The notes under the pieces: generated by a model | Databases searched by the model: none | Seen by the model: the letters and a program-made list of their open reading frames with translations, nothing else | Told to the model about the DNA's origin: nothing | NCBI GenBank assembly: GCA_013265495.1 | Contig: MU061238.1 | Location: forward strand, 1-64,000 | DNA length: 64,000 nucleotides | Origin: Vicugna vicugna | Lineage: Eukaryota | Reading direction: 5' to 3' | In this document: positions 1 to 14,020 of the stretch, piece by piece | Position numbering within the stretch: the first letter of the stretch is position 1 | How the letters are laid out: the number at the start of each line of letters is the position of its first letter | Made by a program: the position numbers and the translations under genes

Positions 1-1199
1 ATCCATTTGTAATCAAGCAAACTGTGCCACTGGCAGAAAACATATGCTGCTGACCACGTGCTCTGACCTCAGTCCCAACACCAACTGGACTAAGGTCTCC
101 CTAGCTGCGGGCTCAATTGTTTTAGGAGTCAGCTAAATTCCTTGAAGATGAATAGGCAACACTGATCCCAGTGTGAAGACATTCCCCACAGAAAGCAAAC
201 AGAGAAAGGAGATTTTTTCCAAACCCCACCCTTTGCCCCCTCTCACCCTCATACTCTTACATTTGAAAAATATTCTGTCTCTCCTTCTTCCTGTTTTTGG
301 ATCACAGACATTTATTTTAGAACACAAGGTCATTGTCAAGGAACAGCTGAACAACCCTGGTGATTTTTCCTATGACGTGCTGGGGCCAAGGCTACAAACC
401 AGGACTTTACTCTGAGATGGAAATACATTTTTCTGAGGCCTCTGTACAGAGGAGGGTGGCTTGATTACTGGCAAGATAACTTAATGCTTTTTTTTTTTAA
501 TGAAAGAGAGACAGAAAATCGAGGTCAGCAGAAAAAAGAGAAGGAAAAAGCAGGTAGAGTTTAATCTCAGGGAAAACACAAATGCTCCAGGATTGTCAAA
601 GCTGGCCATGAATTTGCTATCTGGTGTGGTTCAGAGGAGACACAAATGTATCGAAACAGGTCTGTGGGAGGGGAACAAATTGATAAGAGGCTGCCCCTAT
701 AGAGGGGATAGGATGGGGGCCATGGAGGGGGCAGTAAAGTGGCCAAGGAGAAGTTAGTCTTACATGTAGTATTTTAAGTTTTAGGACAGGTATATACTCA
801 TGTGATACTTGGGTAATTAAACTTCATGTTTAAAAGTTTAATTTAACAGAAAAAGTACTTGAGATTTGGAGCTACAAGTTCCAGATTTCAGACTTGTCTT
901 TTCTACTTGGAGATGTTCTGCCATCATTTATTGATCAACTATTATATGCAAAGGAATATGCCAGGTGCTGAGTGTACATAGATGAAGAAAAAGAGTCATT
1001 GTCCTAAAGTTTAAGAACATAACTAATCTAGGTCTCAATTTACTTGTCTCTATAATGGGTGTGACAATTTCTACTTCACAGTGTTGTCAGGAATATTAAG
1101 TGAAAGTATAGAAATAGACTTCTGTTAACTATAAAATACTATACAAATGCTCTTTCTATATTTATGGCAAGACTTGTTCAAAGGAGGTGTTGAAACAGT

Positions 1200-2390
1200 A
1201 ACTTATTAAATCTTTTCTCTTTTTTTAATTTAATAATTTTTGTAACAGTAAAAAAATTCACCAAAAAAAGTTGGAAAGATGCTATAAAGTATGGTATCCT
1301 GATACATGTTCAACAATTGGCTCCCCGGGGCAAAAAAAGATCTGTGTTGTAACATTTGCTAATTTCTGTGGTGTAAATACACCACACTCAATTTCAAGCT
1401 ACCAGCATGATGTTACTAAATGCAGAGTTGAAAAAATATAAGCATATGATCTCCAGCACACCACTGACAACTTTTTTTCCTGAACCATTTGAGAATAAGT
1501 TGCCAATCTGATGCATCACTCTCAAATACTAAGGATATATTTCCCACAAACGCAGACATTCCCTTACACAACCCCATTAAAACTATAAAAACCAGGAAAT
1601 GAACACCCTCTAAACCGAAGACCCCATGAAAGTATCACCAATTGTCCCAACAATTAGACCAAAAAAGATCCAGTTCAGAATCACATGTTGCATTGAGATA
1701 GCAGGTCTCCCTCGATGCCTTAACTCTGGAACAGTTCCTCAGTTTTTCTTTGACTTTAATGATTTTGACATTTTTAAAGATTACAAGCCATTTATTTTAC
1801 AGAGTGTTCCTCGCTAAGGATTTGACTGATATTTCCTTGTGATTCTATCTAGGTTTTCATCATTGGCAGGAAAACTAATGAAGCAGCGCTGAGTTCTTCC
1901 CATTGCAATCCTATCCCCTGCTGGGGGAGCATCATTTACTTCCATCCCATTATTGATGTTCACTTTAATCCCTTGATTCAAGTGGTGTCTGCCAGGATTT
2001 CCCACCATGGGGTTATTCTTTTTCCCTTTTGTAATTGGTAAGTATTGCTTGGAGAGGTACTTTGAAGCTATGTCCATATCTTGTTTCTCAGGACATTTTC
2101 AAGCTCTTCTGTGATGGATTTAGATCTGGATGACTCATAGTTTCCTATTTTATTTCACGAATTTGAATCTGTTATTATCACTGCTTATTTTAATGCTAAA
2201 TTGTCGCTGATTTGGACAATGGGACATTGTTTCTTTGAGTACCTCCTCCCTCCCTGGCACACGATGTTCCAGGCTCACCTTGTACTCTTTCCACTCCAGC
2301 CTTGGAATCAGCCATTTCTCAACGTGTCCTTATCCCTTGGACTCCTTAGCAAAGTACTTAGTGGAGAACGATATTTAGAAACCAAGATCT
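1200..2390 (-). mobile_element. Old L1M 3' region, interrupted by a hAT fragment
   Basis: Resembles ancient L1MC/ME 3' ends; T-rich start; degenerate. Confidence 0.5.
1300..1466. mobile_element. MER63-like hAT fragment
   Basis: aatttcaagctacc motif and terminal ctccagcacaccactg. Confidence 0.55.
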
Positions 2391-2671
2391 GAGTTGGCTA
2401 CTTGTGCTCATTGCTACGAGAACATCACTGCTCCCAGGCCCTTTGATTGGACAGAGATAAGGAATGTGCGTGCAAACACACACGCGTACACGCACATACA
2501 CGCACACACACTGAGACCTATATTTATGTCTCTTATCTTTTCATCTATATGTACTGAAAGCCATGAGCTCACATGGGACCTCCAGTTCCAACTCAAAACC
2601 TCAGAGTTTATTCCAATTTTCTCCCTTTCCATACTTGTATCTTTCTCCTCCAACAGTGAAAAATTAGATCT

Positions 2672-3480
2672 TATTTTCTTTGAGATATAAATCATATACT
2701 GTAAAATTCACCAGTTTAAAATGTGCAATTGATTGACTTTTAGAATATTCGCAAGGTTGTGCAGCCATCATCATTATCTAAGACTAGAATATGTTCGTCA
2801 CCCCCCAAAAAGAAACTCCAAATCCATTAGCAGTCGCTCCCCAAACCCCTCCTCTCTCTATCCTCTGTCAACCACTAACCTGCATTCTGACTGTACATAT
2901 TTGCTTATTTTGGATGCTATAAATGGGATCAAATACTATGTGATCTTTTCTGCCTGCTTTCTTTAATTTAGCACAGTGTTTTCAAGGATTACCCATGTTG
3001 TAGTATGTCATTACTTTGTTCACTGTTGCAGGTGGGTAATACACCATCGTATGTATATTCCACATTTTGTCTATCTACTCACCAGTAAGTGGAAATTTGG
3101 CAGGGAGGGAAATAGCTCAGTGGTAGAGCATACACTTAGCATGCACGAGGTCCTCGGTTCAATCCCCAGTACCTCCATTTTTAAAAAATTAACCTACCAG
3201 TAAATGGGTATTTGGGTTGTTTTCACTTTTGCAGCTGTTATAAATAAAATGCTGCTATGATCCTTCATTTACAGTTTTTAGGTGAACATGCGTTTGATTC
3301 TTCTGAGCATCTATCTAGATGCACAATTGCTGAATCATTTGGTAATTCTACATTTTCCCTTTTGAGGAACTGCCAAAGTGTTTTCCAAAGCATCTGTATA
3401 ATTTTACTTTCTCACCAGCCATGTAGACGGGTTCCGATTTCTCCACATCTTCCCCCCTAAAACAGTTGTCAGGTTTTAAT
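2672..3480 (-). mobile_element. Old L1M(B/E) 3' end
   Basis: Typical motifs aaaattcaccagtttaaaatg, ttttcaagg...ccatgttgtag, tttgaggaactgccaaa. Confidence 0.7.
3103..3195 (+). mobile_element. tRNA-Ala(AGC)-derived camelid SINE (vic-1-like), inserted in an old L1
   Basis: A box TAGCTCAGTGG, B box GGTTCAATCC; flanking 20-bp duplication 3081-3100 / 3196-3215 (17/20 identical). Confidence 0.9.
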
Positions 3481-4854
3481 TTTAATTGTAATCATTCTAG
3501 CGGATGCAAAGTGATCTCTCTTCCCAGGTTTCTCCTGAGCACACGTGTAACCCTCCACATGCTCACAGCCCTCACATGCATGTGGTTTTCTAGGATTCCC
3601 AGGAATGTACCAGAGGTTTTCACAGCCCCTGTGAATATCTCATTCTCCGACTTCTCCTTTCAAGCTTTTTGATTAACCTTTTGTTTACACCAAATGTTAT
3701 CCACTACCTCAGGCAGCCTCAGTGTTAAACAACTCCCTCTAAACGTTGCTGACAAATGTCTTTGGGAAAAAAAGGCCTTGCAAACTGGGTGAGCTGCAAG
3801 TCAGGGCAGATAAAAATAGCCTTGCAAATGAGGTCTTCCAGTTAACCATCAGACAAGTCAAATAATGACAGTTCTCTGAGGGCACTACTTCGAGGGATCT
3901 CCAGCCCCACTGTGCCTCTCCACTGGCTGCTTGGCTGCTGGTGTTCACCGTCTTAACTTTCAAGGCCACCACTGAGCTAGAGAGACTGGTGGGAATCTCA
4001 CACATTAAAATACCACAGAGCTGGTTGTTCTTACCAAGTGTAGCCATTTTTCTAGAGTAAATGCTCCCTGCACTGCTGAAAGCCTTTGGTTAATTCCCAG
4101 AGTTCTGAAAAGAATGGATCCTATTTTTGCCTGTTTTCTCTTTGCTTTTATAAAGGGAAAGAATTTCAGAGGCCTTTACTCTGACATTTTCACTGACATC
4201 AACTTGGTCTCATAATTTTTAATTTTTAATTAATATTTATTTACTTGGTCAATCTTCATATGTCACAAATCTCCCAAGCATGCCACCACGTCGGCCCTGT
4301 GCAGATGTCCCCCTGACCCCGCTAGGCTCTGATACCCCATGATAGAATATCCGTTTCACACTGCTTGGGCTCTGACAACACACACCAGGTCATACCTCAC
4401 ACAAATATTCTCCTTTTATGACCTCTGGCTCTTTGTACCAAGCTGCACCAGTGTGCAGACTCCAGGTCATTGCCCGACTCCAGGTCATTGCAGCTTCCAC
4501 TCCACCTCCTTCCAGCGCAGACACCTACCTTGCTTTCCCCTACACAGTGATTTTGGAACTAATCTGTTCAAGAAAAGAAGGTGGAGGGGAACAATTTTCT
4601 TTTTAAGACAAGAAAATAAACACTCAGACCAGCTAAGTAGCTTGCTCAAGGACACAAAGCAAGCGAAGGCAGGGCCAGGAACAGACCTAGGTCTGCTGAC
4701 TCGTGGTGATTCAGTTCCTTCTTCATTGTAATAGCTAAAAACAATGGCTACTATTTGACTGAACACTTTCAATTTCTTCAGATCTCAAAATAGCTTTCAC
4801 TTCCTGAGCACCCAATCCAAACAGCCACCCAGTCACTTACAACCATGTCCCTGT

Positions 4855-5012
4855 TTTAATTCTCCTTATTACCTTCACCACTGACATTTTTCTCTATTTG
4901 CTGTCTCCAAGAACACAGACTGTGTCTTTCTTGTTCACCACTGTGTCCTTAATACTTAACCCTTGGGCATGCTTCGTTGGTGCTCAATATACATTTGCTG
5001 GAAAAATAAATA
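4855..5012 (+). mobile_element. L2 3' end
   Basis: cttgttcaccactgtgtcc...gctcaatatacatttgctg. Confidence 0.6.
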
Positions 5013-5486
5013 AACCGTGTGTCTGTCACAGACTAGTTTCTCTTATATTTTTCAGAAAAGAGGTTAAATAATTTTCTTAAGGTTACATGCAAGTAAAGGC
5101 CTTATTCATTAGATCTGGTTTTTGTAAGTGATAGTAATAAAACTGAGATTGTAACAGGGCACTTGGCTTCTTATATAAAAACTAAATGTTCTACTCTCCT
5201 TTATAGCTAGGAGTGGCCGTGGGATTGGCCGATAAGATGTAAGTGGAATTGGTCAGTGCAGCTTCTGGGAAGTGTCCTTAGTGGCGGGACCAGTGCTCTC
5301 TGTCTTCCTTTTCCTCCTTCCTGAAGGATGAAATGCAAACCTGAGAAGCCAACTTGGAGTACAAGGTGAACTTGAGGATGGAGGCCAGTAAAGACAGAGG
5401 AAGAAGAGGGACATCCTTGAACTGTGGAGTGTCATACCATCCCCAGATCAGCAATCAAGACTTCATGGGACAGAAAAATAAGTTTC

Positions 5487-5878
5487 TGTTATGGACTGAA
5501 TTATGCATGTCCCGAATTCATATGTTGAAGCCCTAACCCCAATGTGAATGTATTTAGAGATAAGGCCTTAAGGGGGTAATAAAGCTAAATGAGGTCATGG
5601 GAATAGGTCCCTAATCCAACAGGACTGGTGTCCTTATGAGAAGAAGAAGAGACAGCAGAGCCCTCTCTCTCTGCACGTGCACAGAGGGAAGGACATGTGA
5701 GGATGCAGCGAGAAGACAGCCATCTGCAAGCCAGGAAGAGAGGCCTCATCAGGAATCCAACTTTAGTGACACCTTGATCTTAGCCGTCTAGCCTCCAGGG
5801 CTCTGAACAAATGAATTTCTGTTGCTTGAGCCACTCCACCGTGGTATTGTATTATGGCAATCCTAGCGGATTAGCACA
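5487..5878 (+). mobile_element. MLT1 (MaLR) solo LTR
   Basis: TG...CA termini, tgttatggactgaat start, ccttatgagaagaag and gacaccttgatctt motifs. Confidence 0.85.
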
Positions 5879-6019
5879 ACTTCTGCGCTGTTTAACCCTT
5901 CGTAATTAAGCATTTTGCCAGCAAGCAAAAAGGACAGGGAAGGTCATGGCTGTTCAAAAGCCAAAGAAAAACATGGTCTACCACAGAGACACACAGAGCT
6001 ATAGAAACCTGTCCATAAA

Positions 6020-7380
6020 CAAATATTTAGCACCTGCTATGGGCCTGGCTCTATTCTAGGCACTTAGGATACAGAAGTGAACCAAAGAGACAAAGATATA
6101 CCTGCTCTCTGGGAAGGCTGCAGGCAGAATGGGCTTTGTGGCTGGAGTCGGGGGACAGGAGTTTAGTTCGGGACATGCTGAGTTTGAGATGTCATCAGAC
6201 ATCCAAGTAGAATGAGGAAAAGACAATAAACATAATAAATACACACATTATATAGTATATTGAAAAGAATAAATGGAATAAGGAGTACAAGGTGGAGGAG
6301 AGAGTTTGTTGTAACGAACAAGATAGTTAGAGTAGACGTCACTGAGCAGAAGATATTTCAGCAAAGACTTGAAAGGCAAGCCAGTATCTGGGAGAAGAGA
6401 ATTCCATGCAGAGGGAACAGGTAGAGCAAAGGCCCTCGGTCTGAACTGGGAGTCAGTGTGCCGAGTGCGGTGAGAGGGAAGAGAGCAATAGGAGAAGGTC
6501 AGAGAGATAACAGGGCTGCTCATGGAGAGCCTTGTGGGCGACTGTAGGCACTTTGGCTTTTATCCAGAGTGAGCTGGGAGTCACTGCGGGGTTTTGAGTA
6601 GAGGAGAGACATGAGATGAGAATCATTTCTAAAGTTTAACTGTAGCTGGTGTGTTGAGAATGTGCAGAACATGGATAGGAGCAGGAGGGCCTATCAGGAA
6701 GCTATCGCCAAGAATCCAGGCGAGAGATGATGGCGGCTCAGACAAGGTGGCGGAAGTGTCAATGGTGAGAAGTGGTTAGATTTGGGATAGAGTTTGAAGA
6801 TGGAGAAAATTAGATTTCTGACCAATTGACTGTGAGTGTGAAAGAAGAGGAAAGTCAAGGACAACTCCAATGTTTTTTTTTTTTATTTGAGCAACTTGAG
6901 TGACAGAGTTGCCATCAACTGGGAAAAAGGGGGAAGGCTGCAGGTAGACTGGGTGTTTGAGAGGGAGAGGTTGAGAACAGGAGTTCAGGTTGGGATGTGG
7001 AGAAATTGAGCTACCAATCAGACATCCAAAGAGAGATGTGAGCACTTGGATATGCAAATTTGGAGTGAGCTTCGTGGCTGGAGACATAAATTTAGGAGTT
7101 GTAGCATCGAGGTGATGTAGTAACCAAGAAATGAAAGAGATTCCCAAGGAAGTGAGTGTAGATGAGAAGCGAAGAGGATCCAGACCTTTTGATGAGAAAG
7201 ATTAGCAAAAAAGACTGAGAAGTGACTGGTAAGATAAGAGATAGAGGTAAGTTTTGAGAGTCAAGTAAAGAAAGGAGGGCATAATCAGCCAGGTCAAATG
7301 CTGCCTGTTTTAGATCAGTAAACCAAGGACTAAGGATTGCCCATTGGATTTAGCAACATGGAGGTCATTGTTGGAATGGT
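6020..7380 (-). mobile_element. Long L2 fragment
   Basis: Reverse L2 3' end at 6020 and extended purine-rich L2 body motifs. Confidence 0.75.
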
Positions 7381-7494
7381 GGGGATGATTTAAGCAAGTT
7401 TAAAAGTAAAAAAAGTAAAAAAAAAAGTATATGTCTAAAACAGGTACATTTCAATATATACAAATTTTTCCACAAAAGAAAAAACAGTAAACAA

Positions 7495-7745
7495 ATATAT
7501 ACTAGGTAATAACATGCATGCTAAAGTATTTAGAGGGAAGTGTGCTGATATCTGCAATTTACTTTGAGCTGCATAAAAATTAGATGGATTGATGGATGGA
7601 TAGAGGAATGGATGGATGATTAGATATATGACGAAGTGAGTATAGTAGCATGTTGATGGGAAACTCTAGGTGGTGGATATACAGGTGTTCACTGTGAATT
7701 CTTTCAAGTGCACAGCATTTTTTTCATAATAAAATGTTAGGGGAA
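7495..7745 (+). mobile_element. Old L1ME/MD 3' end
   Basis: ctgcaatttactttg, (gatg)n, ggtgttcactg...aataaaatgtt. Confidence 0.55.
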
Positions 7746-8470
7746 AGGAACAAGGGACAGAGACTACAGATGACTTTTTCAACGAATTCTTTTCAAAAGA
7801 GAATAAAGAAATAAGATGGCAACTGACTGGGGAAATGGAATCAAGATAAGTTTGACTTTTTCAAAGATGAGAAAATAATAGATGTTTTTATGCTACTGGG
7901 AATGATTCAGAAGACAGCAAAAGATGTGATGTAGAAAAGAATGAATTGCCTGTGCAGTGTCCTTGACCAGACCCAAGGGGATGGGATCTCGTTCACAAGT
8001 GCAGGGGTTGGCTGCCCACCTCCAGGTCCAGCGGCTCAAGGGCAGTGGGAGGGAAAACAGGCATGGCTCCAGAGGGCAGCAGGGACAGCAGTGTCCCGGG
8101 GGGGAGCCAGGGTCCTGTTAGAGCACATGGGTGATGGGAACTTCCAGGGAAGAAGTCAAGATATGGGGATTTTTGCTGATAACCAACTGTGAATTCCAGA
8201 GGTTTTCTGGAGCTGGGGAGGGGCAGAGAAGGGGACAGAAAGGGCATGATAGAGCCTTTTGGCAATTAGCAAGCCCAAGATCTGGATCCCTAGTGGTTGT
8301 AAACAAACACCAGGATAAAGGTCCTCTAAAGATGGGTCTCGAGGCTCATCGTAGATGGCAGGGGTGAGGCAGGAGTGCTGGGGGAAGGAAGGTCTGGCTG
8401 TTGGGGGCTCCCTCTTTACATAAAGGGCACATGATCACTGTCACGCTTTGCCGGCAAAGGAGTCTAACTC

Positions 8471-8640
8471 AGCATGGTGTAGCGGTTAGAGTGCTGCTTT
8501 AGGAGCCAGACTCCCCCAGGTCGCATCCTGGCCAGCCGTGTAAGCCACCTAACTTTCCTGTGACCTAGTTACTCACCCATAATTCAGAAATAATATTCAT
8601 CTCTTAGGTGTGTTGTGAGGAATAAATGACTAATCCAAGA
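8471..8640 (+). mobile_element. MIR
   Basis: MIR head (ggttagag...ggagccagac) and ttgtgaggaataaatga. Confidence 0.55.
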
Positions 8641-9350
8641 AAGCCTTGAACAAATGATGGCTCTCATGAAAGCCACGTGGTCCAGCTCACCTAAAGCCAG
8701 ACCACCTTTGGACGTCTCAGTCACATGAGCCAAGGAATGCCTTTTCTTTGTGAGCTATGTTAGTTGGAGTTGAGTTTTCTGACTCTTACGACCAAAAGAT
8801 TCCTGGCATAGACACTATTTTGATCTCCACAAGACAGATGAAGGAACTAAGAATCAGGGAGGCTGGGTTGGTTGCTCAGAGACACACAGCTAAGATTTGA
8901 ACACAGGTCCATCTGACATTCCAGTCTGCTCCAAAACAGCCATCCTACCACCAACTCCAAGGCCAAGTGCCTGGAAGCCTCTCTTATTTCTAGTCGAGGG
9001 TCTCCCTCCCTGGGGGTCTCTGCAAAGGTCAGAACTGAACACTTTGGGAGAAAAGAGGGGCTGGTTTGGCAGCTCTGCGACCTTGGGCGGATCACCCTGA
9101 AGAGCAGTCGAATGAGTCACAGGTCACGCTTGGGGGGATTAATTTTCACATGGTCCAGGTCTGTGCTCCCTGGACTGTGGCTAGCAGAGGACAAGTGAGA
9201 GGTGTTCTGATAGGCACACGTCGTCTCCAAGCCTCCAGTAACCAGGACACCATGAGTCGAAGGAGGAACGAGCCCAGGGGTTTAATCTCAAGAAAGGATG
9301 CCAGGTTCCATGCCCACACTCTCCCCGCCGCCTCTGCCTTCTGTTCTATA

Positions 9351-9661
9351 CAAGCACGTCTTATCTCATTGCATTTCACTTTATTGTGCTGTGCAGATAA
9401 TTTGTTTCTTAAAAATTGAAGGTTTGTGGCAACCCTGCGTAGAGCAAGGCTATTGGCAACATTTTCCCAACAGTATTACTTTTAATTATGTACAGCTTTT
9501 TTTAGACATAATGCTATTGCACACTTAGTAGACTACTGTATAGTGTAAACATAACTTTATATTCACTAGGAAACCAGAAATTTCGTATGACTCACTTTAT
9601 TGCTCTTTGCCTTATTGCAGTGGTCTGGAACTGAACCCACAATATCTCCGAGGTCTGCCTG
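9351..9661 (+). mobile_element. Non-autonomous Tigger1 derivative (MITE)
   Basis: Both Tigger1 ends (aattgaaggtttgtggcaaccctgc ... aatatctccgaggtctgcctg); TA immediately 5'. Confidence 0.85.
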
Positions 9662-11604
9662 GATTTACCCATTCTTTCTCTATTAGTCTATCTTCATTTC
9701 TTTTCTTCTTTTTTCTACATCTCCTCTTTCTACAAACATTTTGGAATCATTTACAGAAAATATATAAAAGTAATATATAAATACAAAGATAAAACATCAG
9801 CCTTCAGGACTAAGTAAACCATTAACTGGGCTTGGTGGGTGAGAAGGGACTGCAAGACCACATGCCAAATGTGATATTCCATAGATGCTATGGAAGAGCT
9901 CCCTGGTGGCCAAAGCAAAATGGGAAACTATAATTATGTAGTTTAGAATATCTGAGTAGTATGAACAGACACAGTCTGTCTTCGGAGGAAACAAAGCTTT
10001 TTCCAGCACTTAACCCAACAAGAAAAATTTCACACATGTATACAGATGACACCAAATAGTGTCATGCACAGAATTCCCTGGCCACAGCCTTGAACATACA
10101 TGTAGTAATGGATTTCCTAAGACTATTTCTTAGAGTATCCTTTGAAGAAAGCCAACAAAACAGCCCCAAAATACAACCTACCCAATAAGAGCCTTTAGAA
10201 AGCAGGGTCAAATGCAACTTTCTAAAGGCTTAGCTTGATCCAACAGCCTTTCCCAAACTGTGTTCCTTGGAACCCCAGCATTGTATACAGCATTAAATAA
10301 GTGTTTAGTAAGAAAAGGAAATCATGGGAAATAAGCTTGAGATAAAATCAGGATTAAACAAAATCAAGCAAATTTGTTAACTGTAGGAGTTCTAGGAGCT
10401 CTTAATACTCGAATGCCCATGTGAATCCTCACGTTCAGGTGAAGGATGTTTTATTTCCTGTGTTTGTCTATGGAACCCTCCTCCCCACCCACCTCCAGTT
10501 TTTTCAGGAGACTCTTTTAGAAGCTCACAGAAAGCTAGGCAAGTTGAGAAATGCTGATCTGGAGGAGTAGATGAAGTAAACTCCTCCAAATCAATTTTCT
10601 CTCGGCCAGGCATTTGATAGAGTTAGTTGTCTGATGATTTAAAACAACAGTGTCTGACATGACCCACCCCTCAGCTCTTCTGACAGCCTTACGGTGAAAG
10701 AAGAATGCTTCTACCTGCAACTCCTCTTTTCCAAGACTCCCATTCTTAGTCCAAACAACTAGGACACAGAAAGGAGGTCAAGAGGATGAAGATGAGAACT
10801 TCTCACAATCTATGAGATGTTCCTTCTCCACCAAGGGGACCGACCAGATGTGCTCCCTGAGGGCCTGAGCCAACAGCAAAGGTGGGGTACCCTGTGCCCG
10901 CCAGCTTAGCTGCATGGAATGGAGGAAGTAGTTAAGGGACTGGAGATCAAAGACATGCCAGCTGTGTCCCAGGAGACAGTCAGAAGGAGGTCAAGGAAGA
11001 ATTCCGAGTTGATGGGCTAACAGGATCTGGCTAGGGGGAGGGAGGGACAGGAAAGGAAGTTTAGAGGTGGCAGTGAGAACTGGGTCTGGATCCTAGAATC
11101 ATTCCAAAAGCAATGAAAATGTGGTCTTAGGGGCTTGCTGTCTGATTTCTGTAATCCAAGGGATAGAAGCATTTGGATAATTCTGACTCAGACAGAAGGG
11201 ATCTCATCTATTGCTTATCAGCTGGTAGTTCCAACCTTCATGGCTTAAATCAGGTTCATAAACAACTCAGCACAGAACCAAGTTTGGGACCTGAACCAGC
11301 AGATGCTCCTCGGGCAAAAAGGCAGATCGAGAAAGTATCATACATGTTGCAAATTTGAAAGGGCCAGATATAAAAAGTGCACGTCCCAGGAAGCTCATCA
11401 TAGGACTGTCAATAACGGTAGAAAATGAAAACAACCTAAATATTCCACTAATGGGAATTGATTAACTAAAATATAAAACATTAATAGTACAGAATACAAT
11501 ACAGCCTTCACAAAGGATTCAAAGTGTATCAATTAATATGGAAAAAGATGTATGATAAACTATTCATTAAAAATACAGATTACTAGGATATAGAGGGTGT
11601 TTGT

Positions 11605-11792
11605 TTTCTTTTGTATGTATTTGTTTTTATTGAAGTATAGTCAGTTTATAATGCTGTGTCAATTTCTGGTGCACAGCACAATGCTTCAGTCTTACATGAA
11701 CATACATATATTTGTTTTCATATTCTTTTTCACCCTAAGTTACTAGATATTGAATATAGTTCCCTTTGCTATACAGTATCAACTTGTTGTTG
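11605..11792 (-). mobile_element. Lineage L1 3' end fragment
   Basis: ttttattgaagtatagtcagtt...gatattgaatatagttccct, shared with other copies in this window. Confidence 0.75.
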
Positions 11793-13489
11793 CAAGATCC
11801 CATTTTAATGGGAAAAAAAACATTTTTATGTAACTATGCACAGAGAGAAGTCTAAAGAGAGATATCCAAAATTAAAACTGGTTCTCTGTGGGCTGAGAAA
11901 TTACTGATTACTGACATCATTTTCTTTATGTTCATCAGTAAAGTAAATAACTCCTTTATTTTTTTTTAATAATAAACAGGGTTTTTTTACATCATTATTT
12001 TTAGAAATCCAAGCCTGGGATGTGCAATTTCCAACCTCCTGCAGCTGGGGTTCTGGGGCTCACTTTCTCTCTTGCATGATTTCTCTCTCTCGAACTTGAT
12101 CTTCATTATCCTGTTACTGTTATTTTGGTTTCAAATCCAGGTCCTCTATCTCCCCCACTATCCACCTGCAGACACACAGACCCTTTGAGAGGGGTGGAGG
12201 CATAGCCAGTTGGGTTCCAAGGAGCACAGAGGCAGAAATTCTGGACTAAGAGTGAGCTAAAACACCAGGCAGCCTGGGGAGGGGGGGGCCAGGGCTGATG
12301 GGGTGTTTGGCTGGGACACGGCTCTCTGGGGCCACTAGGGTGTGGAGTAAGGATGGGCTGGCCAAGATCAGGGACCAGGCAGGGATCAGACAGTTTGACC
12401 TCATGACATCATTGCTCTCTCACTCCTTTCCCAGTGAACCTATGCAGAACCTAAAGCTCAGATCAGAAATGTCTCTATAAGGCATGGGTCTGTGGTTACC
12501 TGCACGGTGGGATTTCCGAGATGGTCCATCAAGAGACCTGGCTGTGGTTTCCCCACCTGCAGCAGGCTGTGAAATTCTAGCCTCACTGACGCTCTGCTTC
12601 TCAAACTCCTTACAACCCCGGGACTGTGTTAAGCAAAGGACAGAAGACATTGCATTTCAAAAGGGGAAAAAAAAGTTTACTGGGAATGAACAAGCTCACA
12701 TTTGTATAGTAATTAATATATTTTTTGAAGATTTGGAAAGATAAAGTTTCTGAAATCCTAAAATCACCACAAGCACCAATATAACATAGTGTAGAATGAG
12801 AAACCTAGATAAATTTAACATTTTAAGCTCCAGAGACCTTTTTTTCTTCCACTGGGATACATCTGCTTCAGGCTTTGCACCAGATTCAGCCCACATTCAC
12901 TTCTCTTTAAGAAGCACTAGCTAAACAGATCACCAAAGTGTCCCAAGTGTCTTATCTCTGTGTCCCCAGGTGAGGTCAATTACACTGAGATCAATTACAT
13001 AGCATGGCGTATAAACTACTGTCTCCTCTGAGCAAGGTTTGATGGAGGCGAGGGGCTGAAGTAGTCGCCACGATTTCCTATAGTATTATTGTCTCCATTT
13101 TACCAAATTGAAGAGCAAACTTCAGTGAAGTTGAAAAGACTTGCCTAAGGTCACACAGCTAGTAAAGTAACAGAAGTTGGATGTCTAAACTACAAAGCCA
13201 ATGCAGACAATGGTTAAACCAAAGCACCTTTAGGAAACAAAGTAGTTCCCCAGCCAAGATGGTAGGATGCAGGCAACACAAAGGAACACTCTGTTAAACG
13301 CAATCATTTCTCAGGAAATGGAACTTTTTCAAAGGAACTTTCACGTTTTACTTTACATATTTCTGTAAGATTTGGGTTGTTATAACCAATATGTATTTTC
13401 CTAATGGTTTTTGCCCAACAACATCAAATGGTTATTCTTTAGACACTAACCCCAAATAACTTCCCATGGATTTCCCCTATTCATCTATT

Positions 13490-14020
13490 GCTGTGTTACG
13501 CAGATGTCTTTCCCTTGAGATGGACAAAAATCCAACTCAAGCTGGCTTAAAAATAAAAATTGTGGTGGATTTTCACAGGTTGTTATAACCCCAAAAAAAA
13601 AATCTGAAGAGTACTGGCTTCAGGTATAGCTGGATCCAGGCATTCAGTGTCATTGGAGCTTTTTCTGACTCTTTTCTCGTCTTCCTTTTGTGCTACACAT
13701 TGTGGTCTTGGCAGTGCAAGGATTCCATCCTCTAGCCTGGAAACACAGTAGGTAGAGAAACCTGTCAGTAGTTGCAACAGAAGTCCCAGAGTTGAATCTC
13801 ATTGGTTTGGCTTAGATCACATAATCCATGTGTGAACCAGTTCTTACAGCCAGCGGGGTGGAATACACTGATGGGTCTGTCCTGAATCACATCGCCTCTC
13901 CCTTTCCATGGAGCTGGGAACCACACAGAATGACAGTAGCAAGCAGTAGTCAACTAAGAGGAAAACAGGTAGCTGTCAAAAGAGAAATGGATGCTGGGCA
14001 TGGGGAGAAAACATGCCCAG
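13490..14020 (-). mobile_element. Degenerate MLT1J/K-like LTR
   Basis: ccaactcaagctggcttaa and ttgaatctcattgg...ggatcac motifs. Confidence 0.5.
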
